Source: Yuukianura sp. NJ FZ-2021 (taxonomy: Eukaryota). Taken from it: a stretch of DNA of 64,000 nucleotides. The position numbers were made by a program, and so were the translations under genes. Positions 14,001-25,878 of the stretch are shown piece by piece (positions within the stretch are counted from its first letter, which is position 1; the number at the start of each line of letters is the position of its first letter). The notes beneath the pieces were generated by a model, which saw only the letters and a program-made list of their open reading frames with translations, searched no databases and had not been told where the DNA came from. The stretch spans positions 2,728,001 to 2,792,000 of the forward strand of contig CM102286.1 in the NCBI GenBank assembly GCA_046563655.1. The letters run 5' to 3'.

Positions 14001-14339
14001 TTTCCTTAAGGGCCGGCTGGACAAACAAATCCTGCTCAAATTGAAACTGAAACGAAAACTTTGAAGTGGGAATGCGTGCTTTAGAACCATAATAAAAGTG
14101 TTTCAATAGTGTGAAACTTTACACGCGCTTTTACTCTCATTTTTTTTATCCAAAAGTAAAAGTTTCAAAACCAAACATATAAAAATGTGAAATGATACGC
14201 TGAAGCGGTGAGATAATTTTGAATCAAAAGTTTGTTCATGATTTGCGGTTCATTGGTTAAGGCTTTTTTGAAATATGAAACAATTTTTTCGAAACAAGAT
14301 TAAGGCAGTTTGAAATTTCAAAATTTAAAATTTTCGAAC

Positions 14340-15191
14340 CTGCGGCATAATTGGTCCACACGTAACAGAGTCTGGCCCTCGTTCATGTACCATCATCAGT
14401 CCACCTATGATTATGTCACCGTCGATTTCTGACACTTTTTTGGAAGGACGCGGAGCACTTACACCTTCCAGAAGTAACAACGATGGTGATTGACCTTGAG
14501 CCACCAAAGTTCGATTTTCGGGAAAATTTGACTTATTTTCAAATTTTGATTCTTCCATAAAATGTGGCTCTACATTTTCACTAAAATTTTGAGTTGAATT
14601 TGTCCCTACTAAACTCTTAAGTGACGATCGTCTTTGTCTTGCTCTAAGGCCTTTTAAATTTTCAATCAATTGAGAAATTGTTAAATTTTGTAAACCCCCA
14701 GGATGACTGTAGTCATGAAACAAAATCTGGTCAGCATGGTCCCAGTCACTTTGAAATTTCCCGCCTCGTCGTTCACTGCTGTAGTACCTATTTAACACAC
14801 GCGCAGTGTGTCTAATCAGTTGGTTTCTACGGAAGGTCAAGTTGGGGTCACCAGGGCCCTTCAAGGGGTCAACCGAATCTGTCAGTTGGTTACTAAATGG
14901 AAGTCGAGAGAACAGTTTGTGTCGAATGGCATTGACATGAATCTGGTCCTCAGCGTTCAATGGTCCAAGAAGCAAGTTACTCCGACGGCGTTCATGTCTC
15001 AGAGCCGTCGCTGGACCATTTTCGAACTTTTTCAAGTGATAATTTTTAATTGGCCAATCAGGAGTAGTGTCAGTTCCCTTCAACTTCAAATCCTGATGTT
15101 GCGATGACTTTTTGCCGCCATTTCCAAAACTCCCAGTTAGCACAATCAGAAGAACCAAAACCGCTCGGGAATCTGACATTCCCCGCTTCAT
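14340..15191 (-). CDS. mtt: Class C GPCR (mangetout/mXR-like), coding exon 1
   Basis: ATG at 15191 (or 15179), then a hydrophobic signal (RAVLVLLIVLTGSFG), about 250 aa of extension, and IDGDIIIGGLMMVHERGPDSVTCGPIMPQ|gttcga, the start of the Venus flytrap domain. Confidence 0.82.
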
Positions 15192-17533
15192 TTTGCCCTC
15201 CAAGCAATTTGTTCTGTTTGACACATTTGTCACAACACTTTCACTTTTTAACTTTTTTCTCACTTTTTTTTCTTTCACTTTGGAATTCAATCGAATACTA
15301 AAAAGTTCAAAGGGAAAATAAGATCAAACAACTTTTATTAGAGATGAATCAGTTTGCTCCGTAGATGGAGGAGCCAATCAGACGCAAACGCGGGAAAATT
15401 TAAAAGTTACATTTTTAAGTTGCATTTGTTGTAAATACTTTTCCCTTACTGTCCTTAGTTTTCTTTTCTTTTTAATCCGAAGGAAGAGTGAAACACTAGA
15501 ACTCTTCCCCTGCCAAAGTGTTTGAACTGAATGAAGTGGAATGGAGAAAGCGAACTTTCTCTGCCCAAACTGCGCCTTTCCTCGTCTCACTTTGTAAAGT
15601 GGAATTTCAGAGGTAGGTTTTCGACAATAGTAGGCTAACCTTAGCCTACTGAGCATAACCTAATACACCTTATTTATTCTTACAGTGATCAATTCCAGTT
15701 AAGTCAAAGGTTGACACCTTCAAGCTAAGAAAGTTTGAAGTTACTCGGGCGTGAAACTTTATTTATTTAGGTAGAACAAGAAGGAGCACTTTAGCTGTGC
15801 AGTAAATTAGAGGCTTTCCTTTCTTCTTCTTTTGAGTGAAAGTCGATTTTCAAATTTTCCGCGAAGTAGATTTAAGCCTTTCATTCACTTTGGGGGAAAG
15901 ACTTCGCGGGAAGTTTAAGAAGATGGAGGATTTGTGGTAAAATAGGAAGGAATTGAATAATGTGATTAATCAACGCTATACGTCTTTTGGACAATGCTTT
16001 TAAGGCTGTTCTTTGTTAAGCGCAGAGAATTTTTTAGGTTAGAAGTTCCGCCATTTTTTTTAGAAAACGACTCATGCGTTAGTTAATTTAGAAATTTACA
16101 TAACCTAGTTGCATTTTTGAGAACAAGTGCATATAAATTTATAAAACAAAACTGATTATATCACCACGTAGATAGTTGGGCTAAGTTTTTTAAACGCATT
16201 AGCTTAAAAGTTTTATGGTGCATTGAAATCCGTTTTTCATCTAAAATGTCTTTCAGCAGGTAGAGCCTCTTGTAAAATGTTTTCTTCCAAAGCAAACCTA
16301 ATGAACCAAATCAATATTTCTAAGGCAGAAGAAATTAATAAGCAAATAGTAATTAATTGTAAGTAACGATAAGTAAAGCGACCTTGCACCTCATACACAC
16401 TGAACAGCAGTGTTTTCATTTTGCTTTCCTTTTAATAAGGATTGTTATATTAATACACTTCAAGTGTGGACATCTCATGGGTTCTCCACTGCTACAATTT
16501 CAACCCTGTCCTAAAAATACAGTAAACTCGTAATTAATTTAATTCACAAGTTTGTTTTTTTAATGAAGAAATCTTTAGACTAAGCGCAGTTACTTGCTGC
16601 ATGCCATTTCTAATCCAAATTACACGAAACACTAGAATTGAAAACCAAAACCAACATGTAATTTCTTTGACACTATCGTCAGTTTTTGAAAATAGTTCAA
16701 TTTATGAAGCAAATTTTTTTTGATGACTTTTCACCTGCAATTTGGAAAGTGTAATAAAAATTTACGTTTTCAAGCGACTGTAAAAAGAAATTGAAGGTTT
16801 ATCGTTCAAGGTTACTCTGTCATTCAAAATTTACTGGCAACCCTCACTCATAAACACGAAACCCTAAACATGAAATTTTCGCATTTTTTACATTCATAAG
16901 TAGGAAATGCTGTGCATTAAGATTGTCGACTAAACACAAATCGATGAATTTGAACTACATATTGTACAAGGAACTTATTACCACGTCCACCTATTTTTTT
17001 TTTCTAAAGCGTAACGTTTAGTACTAACTCACAACATTTCTACACTCCCCTCCTCTATTTTCAATCACATTTTAATAATTTAGTTTTCAGCTACTTTTGA
17101 AAAATTGGCAGCAAAACCGGCAAAAATTTTCAGTTCTAATAAGCTTCTCTTTTTAGCGCATTGGCGCCCTGCAGTCTAGCGTTGAAAAGGAAATTGATCC
17201 CCGTGCATCCAACACATACTCAATTGAAGTTGAATAGCTCTCTTTCCCGTTTGATTTCAGAAAGGAATGAAGTAACAGGAAAATAGAGTGAAAATGGAGT
17301 AAATTGAGGCAGAGACGTTTATATTTCCCGCCAAAAAAAGCGAAGGTTCTAGTGGAAAGTGATTCCTTGTTTAGTTTGAGGTCTTCATTTCCAGGGGAAA
17401 AGTCGATGAGGGGTAAATGGTTGGTGTATATATTACTTTTCTGGGTTTCCTCTTTCTAAGGAATCGTATAAATGTGCACTATTCGAGCCAAATGGTTTTT
17501 ATTATACTCCTGGGAAGACGGTGCTACTCGGTG

Positions 17534-17804
17534 CAAGGTTCCTTGACAACGAAAAGTCCATTTTTTAACAGGTTGGGTACTACTTCGCTTGTTGACAAAC
17601 AAAAAAAAACAATAAATTAATACCAATTTATTAGTACCAATCCAAAAAATTGGTACGTAATTGTAAGCAAAATTTAAAAAATTCGGCTGTATTGCTATAA
17701 CTATGATACCCTAAAATGAAGAGACACTTTTTTTTCTTTGCAAAGTCGAAAAAACATGAGGTATTACCCAACCTGTTAAAGAAAATCAAAGTCAACAAAC
17801 CTTG
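17534..17804 (+). mobile_element. hAT-like MITE, family 1 copy
   Basis: CAAGGTTCCTTGACAAC...GTCAACAAACCTTG with the subterminal IR TTTAACAGGTTGGGTA / TACCCAACCTGTTAAA. Homologous to 3948-4192. Confidence 0.85.
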
Positions 17805-18574
17805 TACCCGGGTATCTAGAAAAAACTGGAAGAATCTGAAAACGGATAGACGAAGATAAGGCTCCTTAAGGATTCAAGTCTTATTGCTGCGTGAGGGAAG
17901 CTCCCGCAGAGATTTGCAATTGAGAATTGGACTGTTACCTTTCTTCTGCCAGTATTACTGGCTGACTGGCCGTGAAGGAGGTCACCGGCGGTGGGACAAT
18001 GGTGGGACATTTGCATCTTGAAGGATTCATCGTCAGATAACGCCTGACTCTAATGTTTTGTTGATGGTTATGACCTGGATAACAGTGAAATGGAATAGGA
18101 ACAAACAAGATTCCAATGGAACACACCGTGGAGGAGGAAATTGCAATAAACGGAGAAATTGGCACACTTCAGTGCCAGATTTATATATGATGTTTCACCA
18201 TTTTCAAAAACGTATTTTGAATTGGATCCAGGATTCTCAGAACTTTTTAGTTAAACGGCAACACTTTGGAAAGCAAATACCATTTCCCTAGTGAGATATT
18301 TACTTCTATGCATACGTATAGAGGGTCCAGATAGGATCTGGATGCTAATGAACCAACAAATAACAACTTGGCAACCACCACGTTTTCCTAACAAAACTTT
18401 GCTTCCAAATTTTCCATTCACTTTCGAATTCAGTTTTCCGTTTGTTCTGATTTTCAAACCAAGTTAAGCCAAACCCCGCCCCTCATATTCCTGGGTAAGA
18501 TACTCAAAAAATGTTTTCAAGCCATGCTAAGCCATTCCCTTTCCCACCTCGTTTTACCGGGTAACACTAAAAAG

Positions 18575-18794
18575 CAAGGTTTGTTGCCTTTTTTCTTTAA
18601 CAGGTTAGGTAATAACTCATGCTTTTTCGGTTTTACAACTTTTCATTTCAGACCATCGTAGTCATAACAATGCAGCCATTTTTTTAAATTTTACATAAGA
18701 ATTGGTACCATTTTTTTTTTTACATTTTTATCAAGAAGCAAGGTAGTACTCAACCTGTTAAAGAAAATTAACTTTTCGTTGTCAAGGAACCTTG
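18575..18794 (-). mobile_element. hAT-like MITE, family 1 copy (inverted)
   Basis: Reverse complement of the 3948/17534 element. Flanks CTAAAAAG / CTAGAAAG give a 7/8 target-site duplication. Confidence 0.85.
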
Positions 18795-20734
18795 CTAGAA
18801 AGGATTCAAAAGCCCAATATTTTATCCATGTTGAAGTTAAATTTTTACAACACTTTGAAGCCAGTCAAAGATTTGAGCTCAATTTTTTTTACTACACGTT
18901 GGCTAAAGAGCTAGGCACAAGTTCAATCAGATATGGCGTCGTTTTTAGAGTGACCTTGACATGCACAAGAAAAATTTGACACATTTCAAAAATGAAGTTG
19001 TTAGAAAAGTAGAAATTTTTAATTTTTCATTCGTTTTCTTCTAAGTAAGTAGCAAAAAGCTAAAAAAAAGCCTTAGAATATTGAAAAACTTGCCGCAAGG
19101 TGAATAAAATGTGTATAAAGTGATTTTCTGGAAAGAGGATTAAGAATACCCGGGTATTAGTGAAACCTGTCGCCTAAGGGCTGTATATCCCAAAATTTTG
19201 AGTGCTGGGAAACTGGTTTATAAAGCGAGTGGCCGCAAAAGTAATTTTGCGAATAAATTGATCCGATTTTCTACCAAAATGTGTCTAGAATCGGCCAAAT
19301 TGGGCTTGTGGTCTGAACGGTGCTTTAGTTTATCTTGGTAACCAAGGTGATTTATGAACAGCAGAAAATGGAGGGCAGAGAAGCTCTTTTTTTTGGAAAG
19401 CTGCTTAGACCCGCTTCTCGTCTTCCAAAATTGTGTTTTTGGAGAGAATGAAAGTAATGGAAGATAAGTTGGTTATATTGTTCTTATGGAAATGGATAAT
19501 GGTGACCTTAATGGTCTGAACGTATGTGGAGATGCTTCTTTAGCGCCATTTTGATCCAATGAAAGTAGGATTTTGCCGCATTCAACTTCAAGTTGAAAAC
19601 AAACATGATGATGATGATGATGGTTTGAGGGAGGAGAAAGTGAGACCGCATTTTCCTCCCATTTTCAAGAAAAACAAAAAGTATTAAAAGAAAACAGCGA
19701 GGGATATCGCTGGAGACGTTTTTTCTTACCCGGGTAATTGAAAGTTTGCGCTGCTCGCAGCGTTCCAAAACAAAATAAATGCAATAGATGCAAGAAATAT
19801 CATTTCCTTGGTCATATTTGACCCCGTTCTTCTGCATAATTGAACAATTTTCTCCTATATAAATTATGTTTTGACAAACCAAGTTATTGGTTTGTCCAAA
19901 AATAATCACGATTTGTGATTTGCAAAAACGTCATCTTCAAATTAACTTTCCCTTCTCAACGAAAAAACAACTTAAAAATAAGCCCGACTTTACGTTGGAG
20001 TAATATCTAACGACTCTGTTCTTCCTCAAGGAGCCAAACAGTGTCAAGAACTTGACGTTGACACTCTCAAATTAGAAATCAAGATCCGAGGTCAGGTTGA
20101 TTCTAGCAACTCAAGGTTAAATTGGTTGGAAGTCATAGTCAACACTATTTTCAAAATGAGACATTCAGTTTTAATTAAACTTCGTCTCTAATTGGACTTA
20201 TGAAGCTCTGAACCTACTTTGAACCTAGCGTTAATTTCATGTTTCATGTCTTTTAAGTGAATCCTTTTTTTTAGTATGCAAGAACCACAAAGACACTAAA
20301 TTGTACCACTACGGAAACCAATTGCGTTTAGTATGTAGCTCAATTTGTGACTTCCAACAGTGTTTTCCCCCGATTTTTGTGTGTGCTTTGGAATGTGACT
20401 TTTAAAGTTTAAATCTTCGTATACTGTTCAGAATGTTTCGAGATTACTCACGATCAGTTTAAAATGACGCAAACAATTGCCCTACTTCAGACACGGAAGC
20501 TCAATTTGTAAAAATTTGGCAGTAGTATGGTACAAGTATTCCCTTTAAATTTAAGTAAGTAGACATTGACGTGCGTGGAATGATAACTATGTTATCGCTT
20601 CTACAAACAATGACTTTAGATAAAGCACTTTAAACATTTCACCAGTGTATTCAATGCCACTGGAAGTAAAAGAGTTTGCGCAGAGTTGGTGCAGTTAATT
20701 TCTGAAAGGCGAAAAATATTTTCAAAATTCCAAA

Positions 20735-21751
20735 ATGGCTCATTTTTTGAGCCCAATTGTGTCGTTAGTCCTTATTGTAGCCTCAACCAGTTATGGACAA
20801 CAGTTTGTGCTCCGTAGCAACACAGGCGCAGGAGACTCTTCCACAGTCATAGGAGTTTTAGGCTCTAAAGTCGAGTTGCCATGCGTCGTCGACGTTTCTG
20901 CGCAAGATCAGCACTTCATCTGGCAGAAGAAGCTGAACGAAGATACTTGGCTTGACATGGCCGAACTCTGCGAAGAAAATCAAAGATGCAAAGTCATTAC
21001 AGAAATTGGATCGGGAAATTCAAAAAATATGACCCTCGTTTTTCAAAAATTGCGCCGATCCGATCTGGGCACTTTTTCCTGCGGCGTTCCTCTGGATCGG
21101 TCAACAGCTGATGTCCGTTCGATTGAACTTGATCCAAACGTGTACCTTGTCCTGAAAGAACCGGTTTCGGTAGAACACGAATTTCCTTTCGGTATGACCA
21201 GTCACACGGTACTGGTCGGTGACGACCTAACGTTAAGTTGCCACTTGACACGTGACCATGGACCAGTGGAAGATCAACAATACCGTGTCCGGTGGTGGAT
21301 TCTTGGACAATGGCGGAATCCTTGGGATCTTCCTCCGACACAGTACGGCTACGACGAATCGACGGAATTCTCGAACCTAACACTCAAGAACGTAACGATG
21401 GAGGATCGTGGAGAATACGAATGTATTCTATGGAATGCTCACAAGTTTCCGGAATTCACTCCCGACAAAATTGAAGCTAGGTTGTCCGATCATGAAGAAG
21501 AGCCACCAGTGATCTTGGTTCGAGTCAAGGAGCGCAATCAGTGGGAGCTTCCGACGATTACAATTGGGGTTGAAGTTGCTCTGATTCTCATTATAATGAT
21601 TCTGGTTGAAACGACGAAGTTGCTGCCAGACGGAGACAATAGTAGTGACGGCAGTACTGATGAGGAGCTCAAGGCCATTCGCAAGCACAATACAGCCTAT
21701 TTCGAAGAAGACATCCAACCAATGTCACATGATGAAGGCAAATCCATGTAG
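20735..21751 (+). CDS. Basigin-like two-Ig-domain single-pass membrane protein, intronless, 338 aa
   Basis: Signal peptide; two Ig domains (LPC..W..DLGTFSC and LSC..W..DRGEYEC); VRVK followed by the TM segment PTITIGVEVALILIIMILVE with the intramembrane Glu typical of basigin/neuroplastin; acidic tail. AATAAA follows the stop. Confidence 0.8.
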   Translation: MAHFLSPIVSLVLIVASTSYGQQFVLRSNTGAGDSSTVIGVLGSKVELPCVVDVSAQDQHFIWQKKLNEDTWLDMAELCEENQRCKVITEIGSGNSKNMTLVFQKLRRSDLGTFSCGVPLDRSTADVRSIELDPNVYLVLKEPVSVEHEFPFGMTSHTVLVGDDLTLSCHLTRDHGPVEDQQYRVRWWILGQWRNPWDLPPTQYGYDESTEFSNLTLKNVTMEDRGEYECILWNAHKFPEFTPDKIEARLSDHEEEPPVILVRVKERNQWELPTITIGVEVALILIIMILVETTKLLPDGDNSSDGSTDEELKAIRKHNTAYFEEDIQPMSHDEGKSM

Positions 21752-22284
21752 CCTGAAAAATAAAGTAATAAAATTTTCGTCAAACTGCGAAATTATGAAA
21801 TAATAGGTTTTATGAATCATAAATTTTCGTCTGATCATTGTTAAAAGTGTGGAAATTTTTAACCCTCATGAAACAACAACAAAAATTACGACCAATAAAC
21901 TCTATAAATAAAAAAAAACACTCATTTTAAGTAGTAGTGCTAAATCGGTATAGCCATTCCTGAAAAAAGCAGACCTAAATCGAAGTTTCTGCTTTAGTTA
22001 AAACTGAGCGGTGCAAAAATGTCAGTTTTTACAGTAAATTGTGGTTAATCGTGAGGACAGTTCAATTTTTTCGGCCTGCGCAAGGACATACTACGCTAAC
22101 CACCGGAAACACTACTATAACTTAACAAGGTGGTTTCCAACGGAAGTTACATTGGTCAGCGTTAATTTCGGCAACTACCGTTAATTAATTGCTTATAAGT
22201 TGCAGTTACTCGAATGCAAACTTAGTTTTTTGAAAATTCTTCAAAGTATTTGAACAATATATTGGCTTGCCTTGCATTGTGAAC

Positions 22285-22655
22285 ATGAAGCTGTCCATAG
22301 TTCTGTCATTGGTTGTTGTCGCCGGAATGTTGACAATGTCAGCAGAGGGCATTAAACTATTTAACCGCTACAATACATGTAACCCTCTCGACTGTGGATT
22401 TACCATGGGCAAACTTTGTTGCGACGGAACGCTGTACCACAGTCTCTGTGACCTCTACGACGCTGCATGTGCCGCTGGTAAACTTTTTTTCTGAAAACAG
22501 ACAATACAATTTGAAGTTGAAAGTAAGTTTTAAAATTTAAAATTTTTGTAGGAAACAAATCCTTGGACGAATTTTGCAAAGGGCGTAGTGTCTTTTTGAG
22601 GCCGCAGCAAGGCCAACCCGCACCGACGACGTGCGATTCTGTTCAGTACTACTAA
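22285..22655 (+). CDS. Small secreted atypical Kazal-like protein, 98 aa, 2 exons (22285-22477, 22552-22655)
   Basis: Signal peptide, then CNPLDCGFTMGKLCCDGTLYHSLCDLYDAACAAG|NKSLDEFCKGRSVFLRPQQGQPAPTTCDSVQYY*. Phase-1 GT-AG intron. Cys spacing and DGxxYxxxC resemble Kazal domains. Confidence 0.7.
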
Positions 22656-23346
22656 AAACTTCGTGAAGTAGTGAAGTAATTAGACTGATCTGTACTAATG
22701 TCAACGTTTAAAATGATTTCGAAATAAAAATTATTGAACAAAGGCTTCTCTGAAAGAGAATACAAAGTCAATTTTGTTTTTACTTAGCTTGAGATTAACA
22801 GTTTTGTTTAAATTGTATTTCTAAATGGAAATTATTAAAGGCATTTTAGGAAAAAAGTTTTCAGAAAGACAGAGTTACTGAACTATCAGAGCTTTTTTCT
22901 TACATTTACTACAGTGTCTTAGTACTTTTGAAAGTAATTGAAGTAATGGAGGTGCTACTACGAATTTAGCAATTCATGTCTAGGCGTTTGTTCTGCTGGA
23001 GATTACATTAGAGCGAAGGAGTTGTCACAAGTTTTTAGGTAAGAAATAGTTATAAAAAGGACGTTCAGCCTAATCGTAATGTAGTTCGAAGTTTTTGAAC
23101 TTTAAGTGGAAGTAGGAAATTCATTTGAATCCTACTTAAGTTAGTTACAGAAGAATATTTAAGGTAATCCTATCTGAGCAGACAACCAGAATTAAGTTCT
23201 CTAGCAGTTCTTCTTCAATTTTGGCACTGGGAGTGTTCCAGTTCCAAGTTCATATTTAAGGCACATGATCAGCATAAAGGTTCCTGGTTTGAAAGTTTGT
23301 CAGGTTCGGTAACTTCCGCAATCAACAATTTAAGCTCCGAAACCAA

Positions 23347-25878
23347 TTATTTCTTGATCGTGTTCTGAGGCGCGACTGGTCGAAACTTCTGAGTTCCAAC
23401 TGGACAGAATCTGGAATATTGTGTTCCGCGTGGAAAGATTCTAAGATCAGTCACTTCATCAACGAACTTTGCCGAATATCGGTACAGAAGGTAGTCGATC
23501 TGTTCCTCTGAAAATTTAAGTGAAAAAAATTGTTATCGCCAGTAAGTTTAAACTTTGTACAGCAAAACTTACGATCCAAAGCCCAATCTGGAACAACTTT
23601 GTCAGCTCGATGTTCAAGGGCCTCCTCGTCATAATCCGCAAGTAAAGTGATGTCGTAACAAGTTAGCTTGTTCTCCTTGTTTTCTTTAACTTCTTGATGC
23701 ACTGGAGCCTTAGGTGTAGGCGGAAGCAGAAATAGACCATCCGGTGTCCGTATGTCCGACATAGGCATCTCTTCGTCTTCATGTCCATCATCATTCAAAA
23801 TCATACCGCTCAAATCTTGAACGACTGAGCTGAGCAAACGAGCATCATTTTCAGACTCCTTGATGACACTTTTGGAGCTTGATGGCACGGCATCAGCTGA
23901 GTTAGTGAAAGAAGTCGGTTCTTTTTTAACCATAGCGGGTACAGGCTCCGCCTTCTTTTGAACTGACGGTAAATTGACAGTAATTTCAGCGTTGGGAACA
24001 AGAACAGCAGCAGTTGAACTGGTGGTTTCCACTGGAATAACATAAGTTGCATCCAGTACATCGTTGGCATTGAAGGTTAAGTTGTTGACAGTTGGAACTG
24101 GAACTGACACAGCGGGAGCTACAGGTTCTGGTTCGGGAGTTGGAGCTTCCACAACTGGCGGTGGTACTGGTGATTTGATCTTCTTTGTGACGTTTTTAGC
24201 TTTCTTTGACGCATCGTTACTCAGCTTAACACTGTCACCTCGCTCTTTCAGTTTCTTCTTTACTGGTTTCTTGGAATCCGCATCCATAAAGTTAAATTTT
24301 GGAGCTACAGTTACAGTTGGCTTAACACGAACCGGAGAGTCAACATCAGTGTCGGGTGACCTCATGCGTTTCCTTAGTACATTGTTCATCTTGAGTTTGG
24401 CTCTGGTAACCCGCGATTCATCTAAAAAGAAAGTCAAACACTTTCAAGTCTATATTGTCATTGTCACCTAACGGTCTAAAATTACCATCGTAGAGATACA
24501 TAAAAGTATCAGTTACTTTTACCTTTGAGAGTTGCAACACGTAGTGGCGTTGTTGGGTTGAATCCGGGAGTCATTACTCGGGTGGCCTTAATCTTTTTCA
24601 CTTTACGACCACCTTTGTAGACAAAAGTAATCGATATTCGATAAGCTAACAATTTAAGCAAAAATAAAATTAACTTACTTTTTGCTGCCTTGACCATCAT
24701 TGGACTGTTTTTGAATACATCCTCCCTCTCATCCTTCTTGTTGGTAGCCTTCTCAAGGAGAGCTTCCAGCTCCAGTGTGTTTTTCTGTTTTCATAAAAAG
24801 AAAGTAAGAAATTAAACGGTTTTCGTTTTAGTCACTTTGTAAGTTCGTACTGTTTGTAAGCTTGGCTTCTGGCTTGTGCCAAAAGCAGTGTGAAGTCTGG
24901 TCTTACCTTATGAACTTCCATCATCTCATTGCGGGATGCAGCAGAAGAACATACGTCAGAGTACTCAGTCAGGAACATTCTTAAGTTTTCTCCGTCTCGG
25001 TTCTTTCGGCCGGTTCGGCCTGCCTTAGCCTTGGTTTCACGCCCTCCTGTTTTGGCTGTCGGAATAGGAACAGGATCAGTATCAGCTGTTTGCATTACTC
25101 TCCCACTCGGTCCTTGTTCTTGGGATTCTGCTCTAACATTTGGGTTTGGCTTGTTCGTTGGCTCTGGCTCGTCAATCGCTGGTTTCGACTCGGGTTTAGG
25201 CTTCACAGGCGCCGGTTTATTAAACAGTTCTCCGGTTTTAGTTGGAGCCGATGATCCAGTTGGCTTTTGCTGTGGTAAAGTAAATTTAGATGAAGGTTCC
25301 GTTTGTGCTGGGACTTGAGCAGGTGAAAAGGCTGGTTTAGACGTAGCTTCCTTTGGCAATACTTTTGCAGCAGCGGAGTTGCCCAAATTAGTTGATGAAG
25401 ATGATGATCCTCCACCTTTTGACACAGGTTTAGAGAGCGGTGCTGGTACATTCGCTTTTGATGAAGATCCTGCAGTAGCAAGGTTAGAAAACGATCCGGA
25501 CCCGGCTTTCGTTGCTTTGGATAAGGACCCCTCTTTTACCACCTTATTGGTACCCGCAGTACCTGCTGCAGGCAAATTAGTAGACGATCCCCCTACTCCC
25601 GCGCCGATTTTCAGTTTAGACGAGGGGCCCTTTTCAGACAGACACGGAGATGATACTGCACTGGCTATTTGCGGTAGCCTTGGAGCAGCTATTTTGAAGC
25701 CGGTAGGTGTCCCTGTCGGTGGTGGTAACTTTGATTTGGATGTATTAGTATGATGCTTGGCCTTAGCCGCTGGACGACCTCGCTCGGTTTGTTGACGTCG
25801 CTCGGGCTGTTGACCCCGCTCATTCTGACTCTGGTTGGATGAATCCTGAGCTCGTGACTGTGACCTCGTAACTGGCAT
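23347..25878 (-). CDS. Low-complexity S/T/P/K-rich protein, possibly a divergent INCENP-like protein; about 725 aa, 5 exons (25878-24907, 24784-24679, 24612-24523, 24421-23573, 23507-23347)
   Basis: Phase-consistent GT-AG junctions give one open frame of 2178 nt. Contains a RVTRAK motif, many S/T-P sites, tandem KEN (KENKEN) and YDIT...YDEE...KVVPDWA, which resembles the start of an IN-box. The gene is well supported; its identity is tentative. Confidence 0.6.

Noticed and set aside
17880..18300. Faint F-box-like wording (PAEI...CYLSSASI...RRW) between the MITEs
   Set aside because: Needs several stops and frameshifts; too weak to call without a BLASTx hit.
24064..25753. Plus-strand ORFs of 124-135 aa
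   Set aside because: Antisense shadows of the low-complexity minus-strand gene.
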